64,000 nt of DNA, taken from NCBI GenBank assembly GCA_030867685.1, contig JAQOWU010000008.1, positions 3,720,001 through 3,784,000 of the forward strand. The letters run 5' to 3'. This document shows positions 42,979 through 54,351 of this stretch, one piece after another (within the stretch, counting starts at the first letter, position 1; every line of letters begins with the position of its first letter). The DNA is from Wickerhamiella versatilis. Taxonomy: Eukaryota. Under the pieces are notes generated by a model. It searched no databases. It saw nothing but the letters and a program-made list of their open reading frames with translations, and was not told the origin of the DNA. A program made the translations under genes and the position numbers.

Positions 42979-45900
42979 ATGGCGCCCGACCGCGACAGAT
43001 GGATAAACCGGCAGGTTTATGCACGTAGGTCAGAGGCTAAGTGGCGTCTGTCTCGTGCTGTATTATCCGGGGGGTGTCTGAGTATTTATGAGCCTGGTCC
43101 TGGTATTGCCAACGCCTTCTCAGACCCTGCCGACGCACTCCAAGAAACAGCTGTTAAAACTAAAAATATTTCAGATGTTTCACATTCATCCATCTCTCTG
43201 GACCCGTTTCTAGAGGAGTCGATCCCAGAGAATGTCAATACTTTCGTATTAAATGAATTTTCCCCAACCGCAACCGCATTGGCAATCCCAGCAGACAAAG
43301 TGGCAGCAATACTACGGTCAAAAATTGAGGACCCCAGCACTAATGAAGAAATCCTTGTGAAAGTTTCGCAGTTCATTCAAGATGTTGTATGCTTACCTGG
43401 ACTGATACTTAACGATCGAGTGTTTTCTGCGCTACAAGAGTTAGCAAGTGCGGTGGGTACCCGGGATACGCCATTCGCTGAAAAACTAAAATTAGAGTTG
43501 TTCCAGGCCTTTGAAAGAGTACAATCGATGCTGGATACGGTTGGAATTTCCTCTACATATCATTCCAGACATTCCATCTCAGGACCCTTATCTGTTCTTG
43601 AACGAAATGAAGTTATACCTATGGAGCTATTTCTCGATATGAAGTTCATGAATCAGTTGGCTTATGAGATTTCCGCCTTCCATAGGGTTTTCTGGACGCA
43701 TTGGCCGCCAACTAGAGATATCTCTATATTATTTCATACACAAGGCTCTGCAAGTGAGTGGCGATTAAATCCTCTTGTATTTGACCGACACAACCCGCAT
43801 TTCTTAAGTAGACAGATTTATGCGCACGCATTTGATCTGAAATATTCGGCTAAGGATCGAGGAATGCTATTGAGGCAATGGTTACGCCTTGGAAACAGAC
43901 TACATGATTTAGGTGACATCGTTGGCTGGTCAGCGATTGCATGTACGGTATGCCAGCCTGCCATTCTCCGTCTTCGAGATCTATGGGCATATGTCCCTGC
44001 GGATTCAAGAATGATGTTAGCTCAAGACTGGGGGTTTGAGGTCTTTGAACTTGATAAACGCGCTTCAATTGATATATTGAGCAAGAAAACATTCAGAACG
44101 AGCACCGAACATATGGGCAGCAAGTATTCGAAAAAATCATGCGTTCCATACTTTGGTGATATTATCATCACTGACTCCGGAAAGATAAAAAATATCATGA
44201 AGACCACGCAAGACCAAATATCACGTATCCAGGCTGTTGTAGATGGCTGGAACCGTTATGTTGCTTCTCAACCGGAAGGGCCCGTTGTTTCTGAGCCAGC
44301 CCTAATACCAGGCCTTCAGCAGACGCTTGCCGCGTGGTTGAAAAAATCAGCCAGTTCGCCGCAACCAGATCCCATGTCTCTTTCTTTATCGGTATATCCA
44401 CGTGAGTTTGGGGCATATTTGCATCTTTTTTATAACGACAAGCTCCCGCTTTTGAGTGGGGCACATATTCCTGTCCTTTTTACGCAGGCAACTCCCTACT
44501 TTAGACTCTTCCCTCGTGGTGTTCTTATCCCACCTGGGCCGGATGAACAACAGCAGCCAAGATTGCGACGATCTAACAGCTTCCCACCTGCACAACTTGC
44601 TACAGGTATACAGGCATTGGAGAGCGGTGCTCGTGAGCAGTACGCACGACAACCTTCTGCTCATGTTCTAGCCCATGTAGTTCGAGATTTCCTGAATCTT
44701 GGCGCTGAGACCTTCCATACCCAAAAAGATATTATATTCAAGGCCTTGGAATCTGAAGAGAGAGTAAATTCAGGGCGCGGCAGCCGAGCATCCTCGTTGT
44801 TTGAAAATTTGGGACGAAGATCATTGCTTATAGATGCCCAGTCTCGTCGACAAAGCCTACAAAGTGTTGACATACAACAACGTCGCTCTTCAGTAAGTGT
44901 CGTTGTGAAAGCGGCCACTCTTGTGCGTCTTGTGGATGTGCTGGTGATTGGTGCCGGAGAGTTTGGGCAAGTACAAGGCCCTGAATTTAGTCTTGATTTG
45001 GTTACCCATATGCAAACACTACTGGCAACATATCGTAATTTCTGTAGCACTCGAGAGTTGCTTGATATGCTATATATCCGTGTGGTTAGTGCTGGTGGTG
45101 CTGCCCGTCAAATTCTAGCGCACAAAAATCTCCGATGGGAACGTGCCTCTAGCCCATTATCACCTGCGGAATCGCGGCTCGCAGGACAGATACACAATAA
45201 CATTATTGAGACCTGTCAACATTGGATTGCAGAATATTTCATGGACTTCGATGATGATTCTTCAGCACTCGATTCTATGTACAGGCTTTGTATGGTCCTT
45301 AAACAGGAGCCCATCGGTGATGCAGATTCCGCCCGTCGTTTGATGTCCAGCTTTCTTAAGCAGCGTTATAGGGTATTCGGGAAGCCCCGTCCTCCTCCGG
45401 AATATCCTTTGGCTCAAGCAGAATGTCTCCTGCCTCCTCAGGGTGCAATTGAGCCATTCATAGATGATCTCGATCGTATACTTGCGGATGCATTTGGTCG
45501 TGTCTCTTTACCCGATTGGATGAAACTTTTTGAGCTATTGGAAGTTCAAGCTGCCTCGCCAGCTGGACTCTTCCTTTATAATCCTACATCATTGACTAGC
45601 CCAGAAGATGTCCAAATTTTGACCATATTTAGCTGGCTAGCGACGCTACAGTGTCCTGGTAAAAAAGAATTGGTCATTGATTTATTACCGCCTTGTCTTT
45701 CTGCTCTCTTTAAACTTCATCAGTCTCTTGAGGCTTTCTTCGCTTTTCAAATCACAGACCCGGCTTTGACTCACTTCCCACTTGATCGTAGTGAGCGCAT
45801 GGTCACTCTGTTGAAAATGCTTGGCATCCTGAGATCTCGAATGCAATTTTTTGATGTCTTCCCGGACAACAGTGACAGTCGTGTGCCAAGCCTTCTTGGA

Positions 45901-47475
45901 AGCGCTATTGTGGCTGCAATAATGCGCCCAGAATCCAGAGCTTTTGCTGCCTCATGGCAGCGCGCTGGTAGAGAGGTAGCTGCTTGGTGCGGTGATGAAC
46001 CACTTGAAACGCCAAACCAGTTCAGGCTATATGTACCACGCAAGGTGCAAGCGCATGGAACGAGACCAATAACACCTTGCCCTGGTTGGATCGCTGAACG
46101 TCTTGCTGAAATTATTTGTTGTGTTCCAAATTTGAGTGTGGAAAACCCGCATCTTATTAACTTTGACAAAATGCGATATGCATTCAATTTTGTGCGCAAC
46201 ATAGAGTCAGAATTCGTTATTGGAAGTCTTGGAAAGGTATCTGAGTCACTAGTACGACATTACGCTGGCATTTTAACACATCCATTGGTGCCATTGGATC
46301 GCAAAGCTTTCAAGGAAGGGTTGAATCGTGAAAAACGGGGAAGACTTCGGGTATTTCAAAGTATCGTACAGGACGAAATTGAGAAATTGAAGCTTGAAGC
46401 CCGTGTATATGAAAAAATAGCGCCAAATACTGCATCGAATTTGCCCATATCTCAGTCTGCGTCTTCACTCTACTCCAAACGCCTGTCTCGCCTCAGCTTT
46501 AGTAGTGGCCCTACTTCTAGTATACCCCCATCACCGAGTGTGGGTGGTAGTAAACGCTCCCCTCGAGGGAGACTTGGTGGATTTTTCAGAGCTACTGTTC
46601 GACCCTTGTCGATGCTAGCAACATCAGACTACAGAAGTGAGAGTCCAGAGATCTGCCCCCCTCATTTATTGCCTTCTTTTTCTTCTCTCCCTACTTTGGA
46701 CGATAGTACGTATTGGAAGGTCTTGTCGCGTATCGATTTCTCCAAGACTCCTGCCACGGTCACTCGTCCCCGCCCTCATCAATCGACCTTTGTGGTTGCA
46801 ATCGATAATCAACAGTATGTGCTTCAGGCTACCAGCTCTGAAGATGCTCAAAAGTGGGCTGATGCGATTGAGTTGGCTTCTGCAAATACGGGTGTTTTTG
46901 GTGTTCCATTGGATATTCTGTGGGAAGATCCTGCGAATCGCCCAATTCCGGCATTTTTGTCTGCATTGCTTGATCATATTGAAGAAGTAGGACTGGAGGA
47001 GGTTGGCCTATACAGGACTTCTGGGTCATTAAGCTCCATTAACTCGCTGAAAGCATCTTTCAATGCTGGTGAAAGGACACTACCCGAGGACGATCCGCGT
47101 TGGTGTGACATTAATGCTGTTGCTGGCGTCTTGAAAGCTTTTCTTCGGGAGCTTCCTGAGCCTCTTCTGACCAATAAACTGTTTCATCGTTTTGTTGCAT
47201 GTGCTAATGCACCCACTCTGGATGAACAGTTGAATCAGCTCTCAAATTGCATCCAAGCCTTGCCTCTGGTAAACAAGAATATCTTATCTCGACTCTGTTT
47301 GCATCTGAATAAAGTTGTGCAGCATCAGCAAGTGAACCGCATGACCACGCCTAATCTTTCAATCGTTTTCAGCATGAATTTCCTTCCACCTTATGCAATG
47401 GACCAGATGCGAACAATGCAGCAGATAGTCAGTCTTATGATATCTCACGTTGACAGACTTTTCCCAGTATTGTAG
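42979..47475 (+). CDS. BEM2: RhoGAP with RasGEF-like and PH domains
   Basis: RasGEF-like CVPYFG and INFDK; PH-like end VLQATSSEDAQKWADAI; RhoGAP GLEEVGLYRTSG, KAFLRELPEPL, NRMTTPNLSIVF. Confidence 0.8.
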   Translation: MAPDRDRWINRQVYARRSEAKWRLSRAVLSGGCLSIYEPGPGIANAFSDPADALQETAVKTKNISDVSHSSISLDPFLEESIPENVNTFVLNEFSPTATALAIPADKVAAILRSKIEDPSTNEEILVKVSQFIQDVVCLPGLILNDRVFSALQELASAVGTRDTPFAEKLKLELFQAFERVQSMLDTVGISSTYHSRHSISGPLSVLERNEVIPMELFLDMKFMNQLAYEISAFHRVFWTHWPPTRDISILFHTQGSASEWRLNPLVFDRHNPHFLSRQIYAHAFDLKYSAKDRGMLLRQWLRLGNRLHDLGDIVGWSAIACTVCQPAILRLRDLWAYVPADSRMMLAQDWGFEVFELDKRASIDILSKKTFRTSTEHMGSKYSKKSCVPYFGDIIITDSGKIKNIMKTTQDQISRIQAVVDGWNRYVASQPEGPVVSEPALIPGLQQTLAAWLKKSASSPQPDPMSLSLSVYPREFGAYLHLFYNDKLPLLSGAHIPVLFTQATPYFRLFPRGVLIPPGPDEQQQPRLRRSNSFPPAQLATGIQALESGAREQYARQPSAHVLAHVVRDFLNLGAETFHTQKDIIFKALESEERVNSGRGSRASSLFENLGRRSLLIDAQSRRQSLQSVDIQQRRSSVSVVVKAATLVRLVDVLVIGAGEFGQVQGPEFSLDLVTHMQTLLATYRNFCSTRELLDMLYIRVVSAGGAARQILAHKNLRWERASSPLSPAESRLAGQIHNNIIETCQHWIAEYFMDFDDDSSALDSMYRLCMVLKQEPIGDADSARRLMSSFLKQRYRVFGKPRPPPEYPLAQAECLLPPQGAIEPFIDDLDRILADAFGRVSLPDWMKLFELLEVQAASPAGLFLYNPTSLTSPEDVQILTIFSWLATLQCPGKKELVIDLLPPCLSALFKLHQSLEAFFAFQITDPALTHFPLDRSERMVTLLKMLGILRSRMQFFDVFPDNSDSRVPSLLGSAIVAAIMRPESRAFAASWQRAGREVAAWCGDEPLETPNQFRLYVPRKVQAHGTRPITPCPGWIAERLAEIICCVPNLSVENPHLINFDKMRYAFNFVRNIESEFVIGSLGKVSESLVRHYAGILTHPLVPLDRKAFKEGLNREKRGRLRVFQSIVQDEIEKLKLEARVYEKIAPNTASNLPISQSASSLYSKRLSRLSFSSGPTSSIPPSPSVGGSKRSPRGRLGGFFRATVRPLSMLATSDYRSESPEICPPHLLPSFSSLPTLDDSTYWKVLSRIDFSKTPATVTRPRPHQSTFVVAIDNQQYVLQATSSEDAQKWADAIELASANTGVFGVPLDILWEDPANRPIPAFLSALLDHIEEVGLEEVGLYRTSGSLSSINSLKASFNAGERTLPEDDPRWCDINAVAGVLKAFLRELPEPLLTNKLFHRFVACANAPTLDEQLNQLSNCIQALPLVNKNILSRLCLHLNKVVQHQQVNRMTTPNLSIVFSMNFLPPYAMDQMRTMQQIVSLMISHVDRLFPVL

Positions 47476-48027
47476 AATATAAATAGTAGTAGAGAGGGTT
47501 GTGATTATCTTAGAGTACTTAGCTCGTTTTAAAATATTTTTTGGGATTATGATTTTTTTTTAGCTGGTAGTAGACAATCGAGTTGAGTCTATAATGCCAA
47601 ATCACGGATCATAATATGTTAACACCTATCACTCCATTTAGATGATGGGGCCAAACAACAATGGAAGCATGGGCCTGCATTTAAACATACCAATAGATAT
47701 AATCGTGCTCGACAAGTTTTCCATACTCCACAGGTCAACTCGCCACACTGCATAAGCAATAGCGATATGGGGTAACGTCACACGAGTAATTTATAATAAA
47801 CAGCAACGTTCGTTTATCACCAGGATAATACCGCCTCGTAGAATAGAACTAGCAAAACAAGACCCAATAACTAAAGAAATAGGTAAACAAGCACATTATT
47901 ATTTCAGCAATATCCTAAATTTTACTTCCATTATCAAGGGGCGTGATTTGTAATACGCCGATTGTTTTTCCCAGAATTTGTATTAGCCGACAAGTGAAGC
48001 AGCAATACAGGACCCAGCACGAGATAC

Positions 48028-49236
48028 ATGTCTTTTGCATTTGACTGGAGTGCATTTGCTAATGAAAAGCATTTTCAAGCTCATGTCCGAAGCATGCTCA
48101 CTAGTGCGCTGAATCGCAGCCGTCCATCAATTCTGGAAGATAATATCAAGCTCAAAGATCTTGAATGGGGGAGAACGGCACCACGATTAGAGATTCTTGA
48201 AATTGGAGACGTCGCTTCAGATAGATTCAGAGGTATATTCAAGGTACATTACCAGGGGGAAGCGAGTATAACATTGGCAACTAAGGTTCAAGCTAATCTA
48301 CTTAATGTTTATGAGAAGGGTGCACCGAAGTTCACGAGTCCTAAAATGGTAGGTGCTCCAATGAGCTTCTCAATTCCCTTGCATCTTACCCTCAGTGATA
48401 TTCGCCTCAATGGTATTGTTATTTTGGTTTTTAGCAAGGCCAAGGGATTAACGCTAGTGTTCAGAAATGATCCACTTGAGAGTGTGAAGGTATCATCCAC
48501 ATTTGATGGCTTTCCAGGTATAGCAGATTTCCTCCAATCGCAAATCGAGACTCAGATAAGTGGCATATTTCGCGAGGAGTTACCTGGCGTTCTTCATCGG
48601 GCAAGTCAGCAATGGGCAGCAAAGTCTGAAATAGGTACCAATCTCAGGCTACCAAGATCAGATTCTATTTCGCAGCCCCAAAAGCCCGTTAGGTTTGCTG
48701 ATATCGACGCAGATAAGCAGGTGAGCTTAGTGAACATACTACATGCCGAGGCCATGGTACAAACCAGAAGAACTTTAGCAATCTCAACTCCTACTATTCG
48801 AAGCGCAGTAATTCGTTCAGAACTTAGTAGATTACGAGCAACGCAAGGTAAGGAGCATGTTAAACTGCTCGGAGATGCTATGTTCCAGCATTTACATGCT
48901 CAGGCTGCTCACACTATATCTACACATGCGATTACTGGTAGGAAGCCATTTAAGCCAAAACGCAGGACATTTAATTTGCGCCACCGTCATCACAGTGAAA
49001 ATACAGAGCGTATGGAGGCCACAGATAGTGATGAAGGCCTTGAATCTCCTGACTCTAGCAATACTTCTAGTACTGAGCGGAGCGAGGAAACACCCCCACC
49101 ATTGAGGATGAATATCAAGGGACTTTTGGCTCAGCCATTGAACATACATCCGCCGCCTCCTATACACACGCTCAAGCGATTTTATCCCATCGAGATCCCT
49201 AATGAAGCGCCACCATCTTACGTTGCCTCTTTATGA
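48028..49236 (+). CDS. MDM34: ERMES complex SMP-domain subunit Mdm34
   Basis: MSFAFDW, PRLEILEIGD..DRFRGIFK, GLTLVFRNDPLESVKVSSTFD; C-terminal PPSY motif. Confidence 0.92.
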   Translation: MSFAFDWSAFANEKHFQAHVRSMLTSALNRSRPSILEDNIKLKDLEWGRTAPRLEILEIGDVASDRFRGIFKVHYQGEASITLATKVQANLLNVYEKGAPKFTSPKMVGAPMSFSIPLHLTLSDIRLNGIVILVFSKAKGLTLVFRNDPLESVKVSSTFDGFPGIADFLQSQIETQISGIFREELPGVLHRASQQWAAKSEIGTNLRLPRSDSISQPQKPVRFADIDADKQVSLVNILHAEAMVQTRRTLAISTPTIRSAVIRSELSRLRATQGKEHVKLLGDAMFQHLHAQAAHTISTHAITGRKPFKPKRRTFNLRHRHHSENTERMEATDSDEGLESPDSSNTSSTERSEETPPPLRMNIKGLLAQPLNIHPPPPIHTLKRFYPIEIPNEAPPSYVASL

Positions 49237-49376
49237 ACAGTAAACTACGAGTGATGTTCTATTTTATCAATGTTAAAACACACTATATAATTTAAAAATA
49301 CATAGGTAGTATATATCTAAATGATGCAATGACAATTCTATGATAGTGCCACATTTAATCGTCTGTTGTAACGGCA

Positions 49377-51224
49377 CTAAGTCTGACTTTGAGAAGACAT
49401 CCAAGGGGCACGATGCTCCTTAACTGTGAATTCCCTCCCAGGACGACGTCCACATTCTATAGCGACGAATCGTGCTAACTCCTTTGTTGACCAGTATTCA
49501 AAATGCGCAGTAAATAGTTTCACATACTGGTTTCCAAGAGCGCCTCCCGGTGGCTGAAGAATCCAATCAATTTGTCCATTGTCGTTGAGATCTAAAATAT
49601 GCCTGTTCAGAGACTCCGGCAGATCTTCCTCGCCTTCAGAAACCTTGGAATCAATTGAAGCATCTTGACCTTCGCTAGTGCAAGGATCTGTTTCAGGATA
49701 ACTCCGAACCCAAGACATCACTCTTTTCCTGCCATTTGACAAGAAAGCCAGTCTCGAAGTCGGCATTGGTCCATCCCAGGGGGGAAGAGGTGAAGGCTCA
49801 ACATCTGAGCTCCCCCCTCCTTTTATTGTAGCGCTAAGACGGAGACAAACCATGTCACTAGGATGTACAATGTTATATAGACTGCGTATGGCAAAGCAGC
49901 CAAACTCCTGCGGTGAATCTGGATAACGTGGTTCAATGTACCGTTTCCTCAACAAAAGGAAAAGTCCCAAAGGGCTTCCTGTCGTAAAGAAGTTAGTCGT
50001 AGAAAACTTAAACGGTGCGTCGGCAACTGTAGGGTCCGTGGGCTGACGGCTCAGTAAATCTGCCGTTATCAGGCTGCCCAGCGAGTGTCCAATTAAATGA
50101 ACTTTGCCGTTCTTGTCAAAACCCGGGTGGTGCTTTAATACTAAGCTGTACAAGCGATTTGCCTCTGCTGCAGCACCCTCTAGCATCAGTTTGGAATACT
50201 CTTCGCACATGTAAAGAGGTATATCAACCATGGCATCTGTGAATGCCTGTCGCAGCCAAGGTAATCCAGGTACTGTAATGCTTTCAAGAGTATAGTCAGT
50301 GTGAAACGAAATAGCTTGACGCCAATTTACAGCCAGGACTAGAAAAGACGTGTTTTTAGGAAGTTGTTCACTAACATCACTTTTCTTGCACGATTTCGCG
50401 ATGTTCACACGCAATTTATCAATAGCATATACAAAATTCACTCGGTTGAAGCTATCACTGAGTTTCTGTCCAATTCCATGAAAAACTAGAATCAAATGCG
50501 TCACTGAAGTGGGCTTGTCGTCGGGATCGTCTGATATGTTCGTAATATTCCTCATTTGCTTCCAATCCAGCCAATTGAAGCCCTGCAACGTTTCTAATGT
50601 CCCTCTCGGCTTTGAATCATCTAATATTGCTCTAATAGCGGTCGATGAGACAGCTCCTTCTTTCCCAGAAAAGAGATATGCTTTTGACCCGTCCCTAGAG
50701 AATGCAATGGTAAAACTGATAGGCCGATTATCCTGCTCAAAAAAAACACGGTGGAAAATATCATTTGTCGTGGCCGGATCCTCCAAAGCTTTTTCCAAGG
50801 AGGGAGCATATTGCTTCCAATCCGTTGCCTCCCATAGCAGACAAACAGTTTGGTCCCAGTCAGGATGAACTGGGGTAAGACTACTTGAAAAAACCCAGTG
50901 GGCTCTGTGTACATGTGCTGTGCTAGAAATCGGCCAGTATATTGGTCGGAGCTTGGATTTATCCACGACCTCAAATAGAAGTCGATCAAAACCAACAGGT
51001 ATCGGTTCCCCATCGGAATTAATTATCCGTGTATTATCACTGGGGCTGAACGCTTGCCATTGCTGGTCTGGTACGAGTGTGCGTCGGAGGGAAGAGGTTG
51101 AAAAATTGACATCTTCGTCGCTTTGGCGTGCAAAGGATGCTGCCGAAAAAGGTGTCTCCGAGTCATAAATACTCTGATAAAGATTATGAAAATACCATGG
51201 GGATGGAAGATGTAAGTTATCCAT
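49377..51224 (-). CDS. DDL1: DDHD-domain phospholipase A1 (Ddl1-like)
   Basis: HLILVFHGIGQ, lipase motif GHSLG, GSPLGLF, YNIVHPSD, AHFEYW. Start is uncertain. Confidence 0.8.
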   Translation of the reverse strand: MDNLHLPSPWYFHNLYQSIYDSETPFSAASFARQSDEDVNFSTSSLRRTLVPDQQWQAFSPSDNTRIINSDGEPIPVGFDRLLFEVVDKSKLRPIYWPISSTAHVHRAHWVFSSSLTPVHPDWDQTVCLLWEATDWKQYAPSLEKALEDPATTNDIFHRVFFEQDNRPISFTIAFSRDGSKAYLFSGKEGAVSSTAIRAILDDSKPRGTLETLQGFNWLDWKQMRNITNISDDPDDKPTSVTHLILVFHGIGQKLSDSFNRVNFVYAIDKLRVNIAKSCKKSDVSEQLPKNTSFLVLAVNWRQAISFHTDYTLESITVPGLPWLRQAFTDAMVDIPLYMCEEYSKLMLEGAAAEANRLYSLVLKHHPGFDKNGKVHLIGHSLGSLITADLLSRQPTDPTVADAPFKFSTTNFFTTGSPLGLFLLLRKRYIEPRYPDSPQEFGCFAIRSLYNIVHPSDMVCLRLSATIKGGGSSDVEPSPLPPWDGPMPTSRLAFLSNGRKRVMSWVRSYPETDPCTSEGQDASIDSKVSEGEEDLPESLNRHILDLNDNGQIDWILQPPGGALGNQYVKLFTAHFEYWSTKELARFVAIECGRRPGREFTVKEHRAPWMSSQSQT

Positions 51225-51796
51225 AGAGATTTCAAATTCTCCAGAGGCAGTCACTATATATTCTGCGCGTGAATATGCTTACGTTACAACTGGAATATCG
51301 GTGATCGGATGGGCTCTGAGATTTGGAAGCAGAACTTTACACCCCATCCTAAAGACACGTACAATATTCCATAGTTTGATATACCTACGCACCCAAGAAG
51401 TGTTTCTAAAATATTTTACAGCTCAGAGTCCGGTGGCGGCAATCAAAATATAGTGAACAAAAAGAAGAGCTCGAGAGAAGCTCAGAAAAAACTGAATGTC
51501 CCTCCTGAATATACACCCATATAATAATTTGCTGCACTAACTGGTATTGCCCTGCATTTTCTCTATGATCAACCGTAAAATTGAATATCAAACCGGTTTT
51601 CACATGACCTGCTCTCTTCTATAGATATTTAATATGCCACTCATTGATTCAGTGATTGCTATAAACAGCGAATTTTAATCTAAAAAGTTGTAAACCTTTA
51701 CCCCGACTTGTCTTTGTCACGAACCATAAACCGCGCCCTGTTTAACCAGCTCAACGCTGACTAAGTAAACTCGACCCCACCTGTGTACCTTCTCAC

Positions 51797-53650
51797 ATGA
51801 CCCGTGAACTTTTCCACAATAAGACCCGTGCGTTTGTGTACGGCATGCAACCTCGTGCCTGCCAAGGTATGCTGGATTTTGATTATATCTGTAAACGCGA
51901 GACACCAAGCGTAGCTGGTGTTATCTATCCCTTCGGTACCCAAAAATCGACCAAGCTCTATTGGGGAACCAAGGAAATCCTTATTCCAGTTTACCAGCAG
52001 GTATCGAAAGCTGTTGAAGAAAATCCTGATGTAGACGTTGTTGTGAACTTCGCATCATCACGGTCAGCTTATTCCTCGACCATAGAGCTACTGGACTACC
52101 CACAGTTTAGGGCGATAGCTATTATTGCAGAGGGTGTTCCAGAGCGCCGAGCTCGTGAGATCATGGTTAAGGCCAAAGCGAAAGGCGTGGTGATCATCGG
52201 GCCTGCCACCGTTGGAGGCATCAAACCTGGGTGCTTTAAGATTGGCAATACGGGAGGAATGATGGACAACATTGTTGCTTCCAAACTATATCGACCTGGA
52301 TCAGTTGCCTATGTCTCAAAGAGCGGTGGTATGTCGAATGAACTGAACAATATCATTGCTCAGACAACAGATGGTGTGTATGAAGGTGTTGCTATTGGTG
52401 GTGACCGTTATCCGGGTACAACATTTATTGATCATATTCTTAGGTATGAAGCGGAACCTAAATGTAAGGTCATTGTGCTTCTCGGTGAAGTTGGTGGAGT
52501 GGAAGAATACAGAGTGATAGAGGCTGTTAAGAGCGGTAAGATCAAGAAGCCAATTGTGGCGTGGGCTATTGGTACTTGTGCCACAATGTTCAAGACTGAA
52601 GTTCAGTTCGGACATGCAGGTGCCTTGGCGAACTCAGAATTGGAAACTGCAGCCGCGAAGAACGAAGCAATGAGAAACGCTGGGTTCCTTGTCCCCGACA
52701 CGTTCGAGGACATGCCCGAGGAACTTGGCAAGATTTACAAGAAGTTGGTGGATAATGGAACAATCACACCAAAACCCGAGCCTGAAGTTCCTCAAATCCC
52801 TATGGACTATTCTTATGCAAAGGATCTAGGCCTGGTTAGAAAGCCAGCTAACTTCATCAGTACCATTACTGATGATCGTGGAACAGAGCTCTCATATGCA
52901 GGTGTACCTATCACAGAAGTGTTCAGTGAAGATATCGGTGTCGGCGGTGTGCTGTCCCTCTTGTGGTTCCGACGCAAGCTTCCCCGCTATGCCACCAAGT
53001 TTTTAGAAATCGTTCTCATGCTAACAGCTGACCATGGCCCCGCTGTCAGTGGTGCGCACAACACCATCGTGACGACGCGAGCTGGAAAGGACTTGATATC
53101 CTCTTTGGTGTCGGGATTGCTCACCATTGGAACCCGATTCGGTGGTGCTCTCGATGGTGCTGCTAATGAGTTTACCAGAGCATTTGAGTCTGGATTGAGT
53201 CCTCGTCAATTCGTAGATTCTATGCGAAAAGCCAATAAGCTGATTCCAGGAATTGGACACAAGGTAAAGTCACGCAATAATCCTGATTTCCGTGTAGAGC
53301 TCGTTAAGGATTATGTCCACAAACACTTCCCCAGCACTAAGCTGCTGGACTACGCTCTTGCTGTAGAGGAAGTTACCACCTCAAAGAAGGATACACTCAT
53401 CCTTAACGTCGACGGTGCCATTGCCGTCTCGTTCGTTGACTTGATGAGAGCTTCGGGTTATTTCACCCCCGAAGAGGTTAAGAATTACCTCGCTGATGGT
53501 GCTCTTAATGGCCTCTTTGTGTTGGGTCGCTCTATCGGGCTCATTGGCCATCACCTCGACCAGAAGCGCCTCCACACGGGTCTATACAGACATCCTTGGG
53601 ATGATATCACGTATCTTGTCGGTCAAAGTGGACCCAAGGCTACTAACTAG
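51797..53650 (+). CDS. ACL1: ATP-citrate lyase subunit 1 (catalytic His and citryl-CoA lyase domain)
   Basis: [59 protein letters not shown]. Confidence 0.95.
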   Translation: MTRELFHNKTRAFVYGMQPRACQGMLDFDYICKRETPSVAGVIYPFGTQKSTKLYWGTKEILIPVYQQVSKAVEENPDVDVVVNFASSRSAYSSTIELLDYPQFRAIAIIAEGVPERRAREIMVKAKAKGVVIIGPATVGGIKPGCFKIGNTGGMMDNIVASKLYRPGSVAYVSKSGGMSNELNNIIAQTTDGVYEGVAIGGDRYPGTTFIDHILRYEAEPKCKVIVLLGEVGGVEEYRVIEAVKSGKIKKPIVAWAIGTCATMFKTEVQFGHAGALANSELETAAAKNEAMRNAGFLVPDTFEDMPEELGKIYKKLVDNGTITPKPEPEVPQIPMDYSYAKDLGLVRKPANFISTITDDRGTELSYAGVPITEVFSEDIGVGGVLSLLWFRRKLPRYATKFLEIVLMLTADHGPAVSGAHNTIVTTRAGKDLISSLVSGLLTIGTRFGGALDGAANEFTRAFESGLSPRQFVDSMRKANKLIPGIGHKVKSRNNPDFRVELVKDYVHKHFPSTKLLDYALAVEEVTTSKKDTLILNVDGAIAVSFVDLMRASGYFTPEEVKNYLADGALNGLFVLGRSIGLIGHHLDQKRLHTGLYRHPWDDITYLVGQSGPKATN

Positions 53651-53772
53651 TTCAATAGCTTATTTCTTGCAAAATTTAGTGAATGCCTTTAAGACTCTAC
53701 CGCCCGCTTTGTTTCCAAATGTATTACTAACTTCATTCTGGGGGGGTATTTGGCATTTGACTGCGGAAATAG

Positions 53773-54048
53773 ATGGATCAGCTAGCCGCTGAAGTTGTCG
53801 AAAGTAATATCACACGAACATCTGGGAGGCTAAGCTCTCTTGAAGATGCTCAGAATGCTCTTCTGTCTCAGATTGAACGGCTCGAAGGAGCCCTTACGGC
53901 TTCTAGGTCATGCATTGAACGAAGCGAAATTGATGTACCTAGAATATATAACCTTCGAAAGAGGTTGGAAGCTGTTAAATCAAGCCTGGGTGAATCACAT
54001 TCCAGGGTTGAAGTAATAAAGTCAAGGGTCACACGGAGCTTTTCTTGA
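53773..54048 (+). CDS. Small coiled-coil protein, possibly BLOC-1 Snapin/Snn1-like
   Basis: 91-aa ATG-started intergenic ORF with heptad pattern (LEDAQNALLSQIERLEGAL..LRKRLEAVKSSL). Confidence 0.5.
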   Translation: MDQLAAEVVESNITRTSGRLSSLEDAQNALLSQIERLEGALTASRSCIERSEIDVPRIYNLRKRLEAVKSSLGESHSRVEVIKSRVTRSFS

Positions 54049-54351
54049 TCCTCAACCCACTAACCCCAAATAGGGTATATTTATTTTACTTTTTCTGTGA
54101 CTTCATTTCTGACAGCAAAGTTAAAATAAAATCCAAGAGTAGGTAGGAACCTTATAAATAGGTAAACTATGTTAAGCTCATATAAGAGCAGTCGAAATAG
54201 CAGTGAACCCTCTTTTCACGCTCATAAGTTATTCTCTTAAAAAATATATGTATATTCAGGATTGCGCGGAATGCGTGCCGCGGATTGGTATCCATTTGTC
54301 AGCGATAATAGACATACGTGGAACGGCTTTACCCACCCGTTTTAAGGCAAA

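Noticed and set aside
47476-48027. Hidden gene or ncRNA between BEM2 and MDM34
   Set aside because: The minus-strand frames I read gave only short broken ORFs, the ORF track lists none here, and I recognised no snRNA, RNase P/MRP or SRP signature.
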